A stretch of DNA of 64,000 nt from a virus, in the IMG/VR virus record IMGVR_UViG_3300025645_000042, positions 1 to 64,000 of that record. The stretch is one strand, 5' to 3'. Below the pieces are notes generated by a model, which worked only from the letters and a program-made list of their open reading frames with translations, did not search any database and was not told where the DNA came from. The first letter of the stretch is position 1. Each line of letters opens with the position of its first letter. Of the stretch, positions 43,726 through 54,687 are shown in pieces. A program made the position numbers and the translations under genes.

Positions 43726-44849
43726 TTAATATGCTATTTTAGCCCATCTTGCTCTACCACTCATAATACTATCTTCTAGAATAACAAATGGTTGTTCTTT
43801 TAATATAACATCACCGTTACGTGTTTGATTATTGTATGCGCTATTTCCGATAACACCATTTCTAATACTACGTGCTGAATTACCTTTCCAAAGTCCGAAT
43901 TCTCTACTGATTGGTGATATTAACATATTACCATTTGATTCTTCAATTTGTACATACCCAGTATTTTGTAATAAACTTTTTATTTTATCCACCACATTAT
44001 CACTCATACCTTTAATTTTAACATAATCAGTGTATGATTCAATAGTATTTTCTCTCATGGCATATTCCCAAAGGTCATCAGTTTGATTAAGAGTTATTTG
44101 TCTAATTGAGTCGTATTTGGTTTTAAATAATTCTAATTTATTTTTTTCACCTTGAAGGTTTTCTTCTGAGATTTTTAAATCATCAACAAGACCTTCGGCA
44201 ACTATTCTAAGGCTATCAGCTAATACTAATGAAATTTGTTTCTCAACCAAAGCCAATTCCTTAGCTTCTTTTTCTTGTACAGCTTCAGCTTTAGCTGCTA
44301 AGGCATTAAATGATGCGTAAAATGAAACGGCAACTAGTATTGATACAATACCCCATAAGATATTATTTATCATTCTACTTTTTTTAGCATTTCTATTATT
44401 TTCTCTAATTAATTCTTTAATATCGCTCATAATAACTTTTAAGTATTAATATAAATAGCTAATTCCTCTTCAAGGTCTATTATATCGGTTTCTGAATTAG
44501 GAACAATTGCATGTTCCATTCTTTTTATTGATTTATCAAAAATTCTCAACCCTTGTAATTTCTTTTTGGTTGTTTTAGAATGATTGAAGGATTTTGTTAT
44601 AAATGCAACAGGTAATGTTTCACCAACAATAGTAGCAAGCCTATTAATAGACTCTGACATGTTTTCTAATTCAGTAAGAAAATCAGGTTTTATTATAATG
44701 ATACCAGCCATTAAAATAGCCAATACACCGCCAACAATCATTTGTATTTTTTGATTGCCAATTTGCGCTTCAAGTTCATCTTTATAAAACTCAAGGTCAT
44801 CCTTAAATTCTTCTATTAATATATGTTGTTTTGGTGTTAGGTTTGACAT
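43726..44849 (-). CDS. two membrane-anchored coiled-coil proteins (43726-44430, 44439-44849)
   Basis: Single TM segments; late-type motif upstream of 44849. Confidence 0.7.
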
Positions 44850-44925
44850 ATTTTTAAATCTTATCTGTTCTATATATTATAAATATAGAAAAAGCACCTA
44901 AAATTAGGTGCTTTTAAGATTTTTT

Positions 44926-47412
44926 TTATTTCGGATTGACGACTTTCGTCTTTATCCCATCCTTAGAAGTATAAGAAAGTTTAATAGTACCACCTTCTTT
45001 TAGGTTTCCATCCATTACTTCATCCGTTATCGGGTCTTCGATATATTTTTGAATTGCCCTTTTAAGTGGTCTTGCACCATATTCCTTATCATAACCTTCT
45101 TTAGCGACATAATCCATTGCTGTTTTATTCACTTGAAGTTTAAATTTAAGTTCTAGCATTCTATCCTCAACTTTTTTAATCTCATTTTTAATAATTAAAT
45201 TAATATCTTCTTGATGTAAAGAATTAAATATGAGAGTCTCATCAATTCTATTTAAGAATTCAGGTCTAAATTTATCCTTTAAAGCTTTTTTAATAATTGA
45301 TTTAGCACGATTATCTTCATTAACAATAGAGTTTTTAGTTTCATATCCAATACCTTTACCAAAACTACTTAACTCTTTAACACCAATGTTTGATGTCATT
45401 ATAATTATAGTATTTTTGAAATCAATTTTTCTATCATTACTGTCACTTACATAACCTTCATCTAATATTTGTAATAAAATGTTGAAGATATCTGGGTGAG
45501 CTTTCTCGATTTCATCTAAAAGTACCACAGAATAAGGTCTACGTCTAACTTGTTCAGTTAATTTACCACCTTCACCATAACCCACATATCCTGGTGGTGC
45601 TCCAATTAATTTAGTCATTGAGAATTTTTCCATATATTCTGACATATCTACCCTAATAAGAGCTTCTGAGTCACCAAACACATGTTCAGCAATCACTTTG
45701 GCTAAGAATGTTTTACCAACACCAGTTGGACCTAAGAAGATAAATGAACCAATCGGTTTATCTTTATCTCTAATCCCTAATCTACTTCTTCTAATAGCTT
45801 TAGAAATCTTCTCAACTGCTTGTGGTTGACCGATAACAGAATCTTTCATATCATCTTCAAGGTTCATAAGTGAATTACTTTCAACCGAAGTTAGTTTAGT
45901 TAATGGAATTCCAGTCATTACTGAAATTACTCGTTCTACCATTTCAGTGGTAATTTCAGTAAATTTACTTTCATTATCACCATCCCACTTAGTCATCATT
46001 TCTTCTAACTCATATTCTAAACGTTCTCTATCATTTTTAAGTTTAGCTGCATCCTCAAAGTCTTGTTGAAGGATTACCTGTTTCATGGTAGACCTAATTT
46101 TTTCAATTTTATTTTTAGTTTCTTTTATTTTTTTTGGTAATTTAATATCAATGTTAGTAAATGCACCAGTTTCATCAAGAATATCAATAGCTTTATCAGG
46201 CATTGCTCTATCAGAGATGTATCTATCAGCTAATTTAATCATTAAATCAACTACTTCTTCATTATAACTAACTTTATGGTACTTTTCGTAGTTACCTTTA
46301 ATGTTCATCAATATTGTTTTAGTTTCATTTAAAGATGGTTCTCTAATTAATACTTCTTGAAATCTTCTAGTTAATGCACCATCTTTCTCGATGTTTTCTC
46401 TATATTCATCGAAGGTTGTTGCACCAATTACTTGAATCTCACCCCTTGCAAGGGCTGGTTTGAAGATATTTGATGCATCTAACGAACCAGAGGCACCGCC
46501 AGCACCTACTATGGTATGTAATTCATCGATGAATAAAATAACATCTGGGTTATCTGTTAATTCTTCAAGAATAGCTTTCATTCTTTCTTCGAATTGGCCA
46601 CGATATTTAGTACCAGCTACAATAGATGCCAAATCTAGTGAGAATATTCTTTTTCCTAGTAATGGTCTTGGTGCGTCACCACTGTTAATTAAAAGTGCAA
46701 GTCCTTCAACAATTGATGTTTTACCAACACCAGCTTCACCTATTAATACTGGATTATTTTTCTTTCTCCTTGCAAGAATTGAAGTAACTCTTTTGATTTC
46801 ATCACCTCTCCCAACCACTGGGTCAATTCTTTGTTCAGCGGCAGCCTTAGAAATATCTCTACAAAAATTATCTAGAACTTCAGTTGAAGAACCAGTGCGT
46901 TTTTTTTTGGGATTTTGCTTTCTAGGGTTTAAAGGTATATCATCAAAGTTATTCGGCTCTTCAAATTCATTTTTATTTTCTTCTTTTTCCATCATTTCTT
47001 TAAAATTTATATAATTTAGTTTTAGTCTAGTAAATATTATTTGAGCATCACATTTTGTTTTTAATATCGCTAACATTAAATGTTTTTCATTAATGAAAGC
47101 ATCCTTCATAAGGTCTGATTCCCTTTTCATTTGATTTATCATAAACTTACATTCGTCACTTGGTAGTAATTCAGTATTCGAAGAATAAGCTCTGTTGGAA
47201 TTAATTGCATTATTAGTTAGAAGAGAATCAATCTGTTCATATAATGTATCCATGTCAAAGTTACTTATTTTTAGTATTTTTAAAATATCGTTATCTTCGT
47301 GAAGTATAAAAGATAAAACTACATGTTCTGGTCTTAGTTTATTATCTTCATAATCTTTGGCTTGTTCTTTAGCCTTTTTCATTATTTCACTTAACGTTGT
47401 AGTTAATTTCAT
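44926..47412 (-). CDS. clpC: ClpC-family AAA+ ATPase chaperone subunit
   Basis: Clp N-domain, GEAGVGKT, LFIDELH, UVR-type M domain (QDFEDAAKLK), GPTGVGKT, LLDEIEKAHP, GARPLKR. Confidence 0.93.
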   Translation of the reverse strand: MKLTTTLSEIMKKAKEQAKDYEDNKLRPEHVVLSFILHEDNDILKILKISNFDMDTLYEQIDSLLTNNAINSNRAYSSNTELLPSDECKFMINQMKRESDLMKDAFINEKHLMLAILKTKCDAQIIFTRLKLNYINFKEMMEKEENKNEFEEPNNFDDIPLNPRKQNPKKKRTGSSTEVLDNFCRDISKAAAEQRIDPVVGRGDEIKRVTSILARRKKNNPVLIGEAGVGKTSIVEGLALLINSGDAPRPLLGKRIFSLDLASIVAGTKYRGQFEERMKAILEELTDNPDVILFIDELHTIVGAGGASGSLDASNIFKPALARGEIQVIGATTFDEYRENIEKDGALTRRFQEVLIREPSLNETKTILMNIKGNYEKYHKVSYNEEVVDLMIKLADRYISDRAMPDKAIDILDETGAFTNIDIKLPKKIKETKNKIEKIRSTMKQVILQQDFEDAAKLKNDRERLEYELEEMMTKWDGDNESKFTEITTEMVERVISVMTGIPLTKLTSVESNSLMNLEDDMKDSVIGQPQAVEKISKAIRRSRLGIRDKDKPIGSFIFLGPTGVGKTFLAKVIAEHVFGDSEALIRVDMSEYMEKFSMTKLIGAPPGYVGYGEGGKLTEQVRRRPYSVVLLDEIEKAHPDIFNILLQILDEGYVSDSNDRKIDFKNTIIIMTSNIGVKELSSFGKGIGYETKNSIVNEDNRAKSIIKKALKDKFRPEFLNRIDETLIFNSLHQEDINLIIKNEIKKVEDRMLELKFKLQVNKTAMDYVAKEGYDKEYGARPLKRAIQKYIEDPITDEVMDGNLKEGGTIKLSYTSKDGIKTKVVNPK

Positions 47413-47518
47413 ATAATCTATAATATTCTTACAGCAAATATACTATAAAATATTTAATAAACAAGTTGTTTTTTCCTTTTTTTTATAGTATATTTGTTGT
47501 AAGATAAAAACAAAAGAT

Positions 47519-47938
47519 ATGTTAATTAGAAAACAAGTAACGAATGAAGCTGTAGTGAGTCACTACAATTCATCAAACCTATTGGTGTCAGAGTACGACC
47601 AGTTAAGTAAAGATTTAATCATCACATTTAAAAATGGTGGTGTGTATAAGTATGATAATGTTTCGGCTAGTGATTACATGAGATTTGAAATGGCTGAAAG
47701 TCAAGGTAAAGTCCTTAATTCATTAATTAAACCAAATTACGCCTTTTCTAGGCTTGAGGATGTTGATAGTGAAATTTTAGCTGAGAAAATCAACGCTATT
47801 AAACAAAATAACTTAAAGGATTTTCAAGGTGAGATTAAAGCTGATGCTTTAAAACTTGGGGAAAGTGAAGGGTTTGATTTGGTTTTATTTAAAAGATTAA
47901 TGGACCAAGGAAAAATTTATTTCGAAAAATTAAACTAA
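47519..47938 (+). CDS. KTSC-domain protein
   Basis: SSNL...EYD....L.I.FKNG.VY.Y.NV....Y..F..AES.GK. Confidence 0.85.
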   Translation: MLIRKQVTNEAVVSHYNSSNLLVSEYDQLSKDLIITFKNGGVYKYDNVSASDYMRFEMAESQGKVLNSLIKPNYAFSRLEDVDSEILAEKINAIKQNNLKDFQGEIKADALKLGESEGFDLVLFKRLMDQGKIYFEKLN

Positions 47939-48697
47939 TGAATACTTGGCACTACCAGTTTCTGGAAGATGAAAAACTACATTATCTCACCGAACTCCAT
48001 CCTGAAGATGGGGTTCTTGGTGAGTATTTTTATGAAGTACATGAATATGATAAATTATTAAAATTTGTTAATGAAAATAAAATTCCAGTATCATTAGAAC
48101 AACCCGTAATGTCGGAAGTTAAAGACCAAAGTGAATGGTTTGCATCTAAATATAAATTAGCTAATGTAGATTTTCAATGTAAAATTAGAATGTATGAAGG
48201 TGATGATAAACTTTTCAAATCTCAATACAGACTTACATTAGATATGATTGAACAGTTACCAGCTGAATCACTAGGTCACATTCTTAAAGATTTATTAACG
48301 CAATTAAAAAAACACGTAAAAGAACATGAGTAAAAATGATTGGAAAAAAGGGAAAGCTGAATCTGCAATGATTGAGCATGAAAAACAACAAATGAAAAAG
48401 TTTGTTGAAGAGTTCAAAAAGAAAAGAGCTGAAGAAAAAGAAATCACTATGGAGACATATGATGATAAAGAGGATGTTAATTGGGCTAAATATAAAATCG
48501 TGGTTCCAACAGAAGCTGATAAAAAAAGTTTAGAATTGGCATTTGAACATCTACATTACACTGACTGTGATACGAATTATGTTCCCGTTAATCAACTTAT
48601 TCACGAATATTTAACTGAGGAAATAACAGGTGACCCAAAAACTAAAAATAATATAATCGTAGACTCAGAATTATATCAAAAATTATATGAGAAATAG
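47938..48697 (+). CDS. two hypothetical proteins (47938-48333, 48326-48697)
   Basis: Coupled ORFs upstream of thyA. Confidence 0.7.
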
Positions 48698-49784
48698 TAT
48701 AGATAAAAAATATACAGACCTACAACAAGACATTATAGATAATGGTGTTAGTAAAGGTGATAGAACGGGTACTGGTACCATTTCTGTCTTTGGAAGACAA
48801 TTAAGACATGATATGTCAGAAGGGTTTCCATTATTAACCACAAAGAAGATGGCTTGGAAGTCCATGGTAGTTGAATTACTATGGTTTCTACGTGGTGAAA
48901 CTAACATCAAATGGTTAGTAGACCGTGGTTGTAATATTTGGAATGGGGATGCGTATAAGAGATATGCATCTGAAATGGAACGTGGAAAACATGGTGCATG
49001 GTTTGATAAAAAACGATTCATTGAAGAGATTAAAACCAATGATACGTTTGCTGAACAGTGGGGGGATTTAGGTCCTATCTATGGTAAACAATGGAGAAAT
49101 TGGTTATATTATAGTGAAGGTTTAAAATTTAGTGACACTGATATTGATTATCATGTTGAGTCTGTCGATGGTGAAGATGGTTATGGTGAACTTAGAGTGG
49201 TTGACCAAATCAAAAATTCGATAGAGTTACTAAAAATCGACCCAGATTCAAGAAGAAACATTGTTTCAGCTTGGAATGTAGGTGATTTAGATAAAATGAC
49301 TTTACCACCATGCCATAACTTCTTTCAATTTTGGACTAGAGATTTAACTTATGATGAATTTACAAATTATTATTCACACGAATTGTGGCAAGACATAGCT
49401 TGTTATTGTCCTAAAGGTAAAAGTTTTAATCAATATGCACAAGAAGGTGGGTTTAAAACTAAAGGAATATCTTTAATGTGGAATCAACGTTCAGTAGATA
49501 CATTTTTAGGTTTACCATTTAATATTGCCTCATATGCTTTATTATTGGAAATAATAGCTAAAGAAGTTAACATGGTACCATTAGAAATAATTGGTAATTT
49601 GGGTGATACACATTTATATAACAACCATATTGACCAAGCTAAAGAACAAATAGGAAGGGTGGGTTTTGAATTACCAAAAGTAAATATAAAACCTTTTGAA
49701 ACCATTGAAGAATTGACGTTAGACCACTTTGAATTGATTGGTTATAAATCACACCCAAGAATAAAAGCACCATTATCAAATTAA
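48687..49784 (+). CDS. thyA: thymidylate synthase
   Basis: DRTGTGT, FPLLTTKK, ELLWFL, LGPIYG.QWR, PDSRR, LPPCH, QRSVD.FLGLPFNIASY, GDTHLY.NH. Confidence 0.97.
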   Translation: MRNSIDKKYTDLQQDIIDNGVSKGDRTGTGTISVFGRQLRHDMSEGFPLLTTKKMAWKSMVVELLWFLRGETNIKWLVDRGCNIWNGDAYKRYASEMERGKHGAWFDKKRFIEEIKTNDTFAEQWGDLGPIYGKQWRNWLYYSEGLKFSDTDIDYHVESVDGEDGYGELRVVDQIKNSIELLKIDPDSRRNIVSAWNVGDLDKMTLPPCHNFFQFWTRDLTYDEFTNYYSHELWQDIACYCPKGKSFNQYAQEGGFKTKGISLMWNQRSVDTFLGLPFNIASYALLLEIIAKEVNMVPLEIIGNLGDTHLYNNHIDQAKEQIGRVGFELPKVNIKPFETIEELTLDHFELIGYKSHPRIKAPLSN

Positions 49785-49851
49785 AAACAAAAACTATGGG
49801 TTGGTATATGAAAGTTAGGTTTTTCATATTTATAATAAAAACAGTTTTATT

Positions 49852-50319
49852 ATGAGCGAATTATTATTAAAAATGCCAATACCTTATGAGCCAAAATTAT
49901 CTAATAGATGGTTAGTTAGGTTTAAGGGTGATTATAAAGGTGTACCAGTTTGGGCTATATCTAAAACATCTAGACCTAAATGGAGTGCTAGTGGAGATAC
50001 AACAAATATAAATAACGCTAATAGTTATTCTATAATGTCAAAAGGTAGATGGGAAAATATTGAGATTAATCTACGTGATATTATAGGTTCACCAACTTCT
50101 AAAATTTTATTTAATGCTTGCAGATTAGCGGGTAAAGGTGGTAAAGCTAAAGTTAAATATGATTTGGAAATATTGGATGCAAGTGGAGTTACAGTTGAAA
50201 AATGGAATATTAAAGGTATTGTTGAAACGTTTGATTTTGGCGATTTAGAATATTCAAATGATTCAATACTTGAAATAAAATTAAATATTAGACCAACAAA
50301 AGTTATATTAGAATACTAA
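49852..50319 (+). CDS. tail tube (T4 gp19-like) protein
   Basis: MP.PYEPK..NRW...F, W..I.I.L.D, LEILD..G..VEKW...G...FDFG.L.Y. Confidence 0.75.
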   Translation: MSELLLKMPIPYEPKLSNRWLVRFKGDYKGVPVWAISKTSRPKWSASGDTTNINNANSYSIMSKGRWENIEINLRDIIGSPTSKILFNACRLAGKGGKAKVKYDLEILDASGVTVEKWNIKGIVETFDFGDLEYSNDSILEIKLNIRPTKVILEY

Positions 50320-50370
50320 TAACGGTTTTTTTATCTTTTTTTATATATTTATATAAGAAAAGGTACAATT

Positions 50371-50592
50371 ATGAATGAAGTGATACATGCAGCATCAAAC
50401 GCTGATTTTACTGGATACACATATATTCAAGTATATGCTAGTTCGGCTGCAACACCTACAATTAATGCGGTTATAGTCTCTATGGCTGCTGGAAGCACAT
50501 TACCTATATTAGTAAAAAATATTAGTGCAACTGCTAATGTTTTTGTATTAGGTAGACAAAAATTAATAGCACCTTCTGTAATAAACGGATAA
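50371..50592 (+). CDS. small late hypothetical protein
   Basis: TATTTAT motif upstream. Confidence 0.65.
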   Translation: MNEVIHAASNADFTGYTYIQVYASSAATPTINAVIVSMAAGSTLPILVKNISATANVFVLGRQKLIAPSVING

Positions 50593-50609
50593 TTAAACTT
50601 AAAATATAA

Positions 50610-51326
50610 ATGAAAAAATATAATAGCGTTAAGCCAACTGGATTGAAAGGTAATGACCAAGTTAGTAGAATGAGGTCTCTTATGGGAATGGCACCTGTAA
50701 ATGAAAACACAAATAGGTCAGTTGTAGAATTAACTAAAAAGGGTCCTGACGGAAAAGTGTATGGTATTGTTAGAGAAAATCATAAGTATTTTATTAAAAT
50801 ATCTGATAAAACTGAAAATCTTATAGCTGAAGATTTCAATTATATTGGTGGTTTACAAAACAAAACTGATAAATCTTTCGATAGTTATTCTCAAGCTACA
50901 AAACAATTAAACCTTAAATTCATTAGTCTTAATGAAGCATTAGGTAAATCTGATGTTATCAATATCTTAAAAAATGATAACTTATTATCTGAATCATTTG
51001 AGTCTTACTCAGAAAAACCAAAATCTAGTCAACCTGATACTACATTAGGTACTGTTAAGGAAATTGGTAAAAATGATGGTCATGAAGAAGAAATCATCGG
51101 TGATGAGGGTGAAGATGGTAACCCAGATGTGGATACTCCACCAGTAGTAGAAGAAGGTGAAACTGAAACTGTAGATGAAGGTGATGATGTTGAATTGAAT
51201 GAAACTGAAAAAATGATTGACAGAATCATCCGTGAAATTAAAGAAGAAGAAACAAACAAACTTAAGATTACTACCGCAATAGGTAAAATCAAAGAGGGAG
51301 AACAAAGCTCAAAAAAAAAAGTATAA
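50610..51326 (+). CDS. late acidic protein (head-associated), ending at an A10 slippery site
   Basis: Ends TCA AAA AAA AAA GTA TAA; the -1 frame is open into ORF 51386. Confidence 0.8.
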   Translation: MKKYNSVKPTGLKGNDQVSRMRSLMGMAPVNENTNRSVVELTKKGPDGKVYGIVRENHKYFIKISDKTENLIAEDFNYIGGLQNKTDKSFDSYSQATKQLNLKFISLNEALGKSDVINILKNDNLLSESFESYSEKPKSSQPDTTLGTVKEIGKNDGHEEEIIGDEGEDGNPDVDTPPVVEEGETETVDEGDDVELNETEKMIDRIIREIKEEETNKLKITTAIGKIKEGEQSSKKKV

Positions 51327-51385
51327 CTGAAACTAAGTTTAAGTTAAAATTAGATGACCCATCTCCTGAACCACAAGCTCAGGAT

Positions 51386-52588
51386 ATGGGTTCTTCTGTT
51401 CCTAGTAACGATGAGGGTGGTTTTGATGAACTTCCAGATGCTCAACCAATGGAAGACCCAATGGGTGAACCAGAAAGTGATAAACCATTTAACGATGAAC
51501 CATTTGATGCTGGTGTAGAAGCTAACGAAGAAGACAGTCCTGAAAAATACATACAACAATTATCTGGTAAATTAGGTCAAAGCCTAAGAAAATATACGGA
51601 AGATTTAGGTGCACCTGATTATGACTTAGAAAAGTTTGCAATTAATTCTGTGTTATCTGCAACTAATTCAGGTGAAATGGACCAACAAGACCAAGCTGAT
51701 ATTATTCAAAAGGTAAAATCATCTACAACTGATGGTACTGGTAAAAAAAATGATGAACCAGCAGAGGCTGATGTTGAGGGTGGTGAAGAATTACCAAGTG
51801 ACGAACCATTAGATTTAGATAATATTGATATGGAAGAAAGTGTTTTAGAAAAAAAAAGCACTGACGACTTATTAAACAAGAAGGTTTACGTTACCAACAG
51901 AAAAGAAATGGGTATCGTTAAGAAAATTGACGGGAATGACGTTATTGTTCAAATGCCTAAGACTAAAGAAATGATTAACGTTACTTTAGCTGATGTTAAG
52001 GAAATTACTGAACATAATCCAAATGGTAATGGTAACACTGTATTTCAAGATGCATTTTTAGGTGTTGATGATGAAGGTATGGAAGAAAATAAATATATAA
52101 CTCTTGAATCTGATGAAAATGATAGTATGTTAAATCAAAGAATTAAAGAAATGGTTAAAGAAACATTTATGACAACGGACGTTCAACCAGTGGTTAAACC
52201 ACAAATTAAACCTGTAGTTGAACCGAAAAGGTCTACTAGAAGGTCTAAACCATGGACAATTATTCCAGAACAATTACCAGACCCTAAACCAAAAGCTGAA
52301 GGTGGAGTTCAATTTATAAATAATAGTGAATTTTCTGAAGATGGAAATTTAGTATCATTAGTATTTGATGTTGATGGTGTTAGATTTAATGGGGTTAATT
52401 TTATTAACACTGGTGAGGTGGTTGAAAAACCGTTAGCTTATGATGAACCTTATGTATTTGCATATCAAACTGATATCTTAGATAATGGTAAACAATATTT
52501 AATAAACGTATCTAAATTTGGTAACCCTGAGAATTTTGACGCACCAGTATTTACTGATGGTGATAAACCTGAAATAGAAGAAGTATAA
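51386..52588 (+). CDS. acidic late protein, probably the C-terminal part of a -1 frameshift fusion with 50610-51326
   Basis: Frame is open from 51311 to the annotated ATG; scaffold-like composition. Confidence 0.7.
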   Translation: MGSSVPSNDEGGFDELPDAQPMEDPMGEPESDKPFNDEPFDAGVEANEEDSPEKYIQQLSGKLGQSLRKYTEDLGAPDYDLEKFAINSVLSATNSGEMDQQDQADIIQKVKSSTTDGTGKKNDEPAEADVEGGEELPSDEPLDLDNIDMEESVLEKKSTDDLLNKKVYVTNRKEMGIVKKIDGNDVIVQMPKTKEMINVTLADVKEITEHNPNGNGNTVFQDAFLGVDDEGMEENKYITLESDENDSMLNQRIKEMVKETFMTTDVQPVVKPQIKPVVEPKRSTRRSKPWTIIPEQLPDPKPKAEGGVQFINNSEFSEDGNLVSLVFDVDGVRFNGVNFINTGEVVEKPLAYDEPYVFAYQTDILDNGKQYLINVSKFGNPENFDAPVFTDGDKPEIEEV

Positions 52589-54591
52589 TGGATAATTTAT
52601 ATTTAATATATGTTCATAAGATTGGTTACAATCACGCTAATAAATATTTTTATGAATTTATTTTTAGTGATACTGTAGACAACGTTGATGGTGAAGGTTG
52701 GGATTCATACCCAGCAAGTAGTAACCCTGAAGCACCATTTGATAACTTAATAGTTCAAGTGGGTAAAATTGAATCGGAATTTGAATTACATGTTGCACAA
52801 GACAATGAACAATTTTCAATGTATGATGCTTTAGATAATATAATTCCATTAGCTTGGGAAAATATAGATGGGTTAGAAGAATACCCAGATAAAAGATTAG
52901 TATTCCCATTCGGGATGGAAATAAAAAAAGTTGCCGACCTTTTATATGAAAAAGATGTGGTAATGGATTATAAAATCGAAATAGAAAATGAATAAAAAGG
53001 TAGTAACTAAAGAAAAATTACGTAAATTAATTTCTGAAAATGAAGAGTCAATGACTTATTCAGTAACAGCTGATGACCAAAATGCGGTAGATAAAGCAAA
53101 ACAAGCCTCTAAAACTGATGGTGTTGATTCAACAATTGAGTTGACTACTGAAGGTGGTGAAGATGATTTACCAGAAATTCCAGATGAAGAAAAAATGGAA
53201 AGGGGTGAAGAATATGGAGTTTATGGCGAAGATTTTGATAAGTTAATGGAAGAATTAAAAAATTCTAAATCACCTAAAATTAAATTAGGTGAAAATATTA
53301 AACCTAGAATTAAGAAAAATGATTTAATTAATTACATTAAAAATAAAAAATAATGGACGATAATAAAATTAAAAAGTTAGCACTTAAAGCCTTACAGGAA
53401 TTAAAAAAACCGAAAAGATTAAGTGAAAGTAGAATTAAGTATGATGATAATCATGCTGAAAGGATGGACCCTACTTTGGCTAAACAATTAAGAGAGCGTT
53501 CACATTCATTAGGCGCACATCCAGCTTTTCCTGAAGATGATGATATGCATTTTGAAGAAAGATTAATGTCTAAAAGATTTGGTGATGTTGTAAAAAACTA
53601 TAAAAGGCATCATGGTGAAGAAAGTATTGATGTTAATGAAATTATACAAAAGCAAGCCGCTTGTATGAGAAAAGTAATTGAACTTGAGGAAAAACATAAA
53701 GATGAATTGATTGAGATGGTTAAACAATTAATTATGGAAGAGTTCGATATCACTGAAGAAGATTTATTACTTGATGGTACGTTAACAACTGAAATGTCAT
53801 TAAATGTAGATAAGAGTAAACTTAGAATGGAATCAGAATCCACTGTTGAGTTTGATGACCATAACGAATTAGTTAACGCTAATAAAGAAGTTTACAAACG
53901 TAGAATGCTTAACGCATTAATTCAAGGTGCTGCTAAGAAAACAAATCATATGTTTCATTTATTAGATGAACAATTAGTAGAATTAAATCCATTGTTACCT
54001 AACCTATATTCTAAATTAATGACTGGTGCTGATTATATGTATATGGTTACTGATGATGTGAAAGGTAAGAATTCTAGAATGATTGGTGGTCTAGTTAATG
54101 TAGAATTTCCTAAAACAGAAGGTGATGTTCCAAAGATAATTGCAGAAGCTGTTTGTTTACCTGTTTTAATCCACGAGATGGTTAAAGGAGTGATGGAGGT
54201 ACTTTCATATCATGGTTTACCAAAAGACCCTAAAACAGCTCAATTCGTAATGGAAAAAGCTGATTTTATGGAAGCTGAAAGTTGGGACATGAGACTTGGC
54301 CCACCAATATGGGAAAAATTTTTAAATTGTATTCCAGCTGAAGACTACGGTTTGAAACATCATGTATATACTGAATTAGTAGAATTACCAGCTGATGAGT
54401 TTCACGAATCCTTTAGGGAAGTGCTTATGGGTTCTAGAAAAGGTAAAGCACTTATAAATGAATTTCTTACTGAGATTAAAGACGAATTAAGAAACGATGA
54501 ATTTGACAATGTAGTTGATAGAATTAGTGACGATGATTATTTAGGCCCAGAAGATTTAGATAATTTAGACACTGAAAATTGGTTCTTATAA
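52588..54591 (+). CDS. three conserved late hypothetical proteins (52588-52995, 52988-53353, 53353-54591)
   Basis: Overlapping stop/start operon upstream of terminase. Confidence 0.8.
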
Positions 54592-54687
54592 AAACATTTT
54601 AATTTACTTTAAAGGCCCGTCATATGACGGGCCTTTTTATTTATTGCACTTTATTGGCTGTTTTAGTATATTTATATAGAAAAAAGG

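Noticed and set aside
44926-49784. Host chromosomal fragment (clpC, thyA, trxA look cellular)
   Set aside because: These genes are interleaved with phage hypothetical and structural genes, with the same composition and no host operon context; they are best read as phage auxiliary genes.
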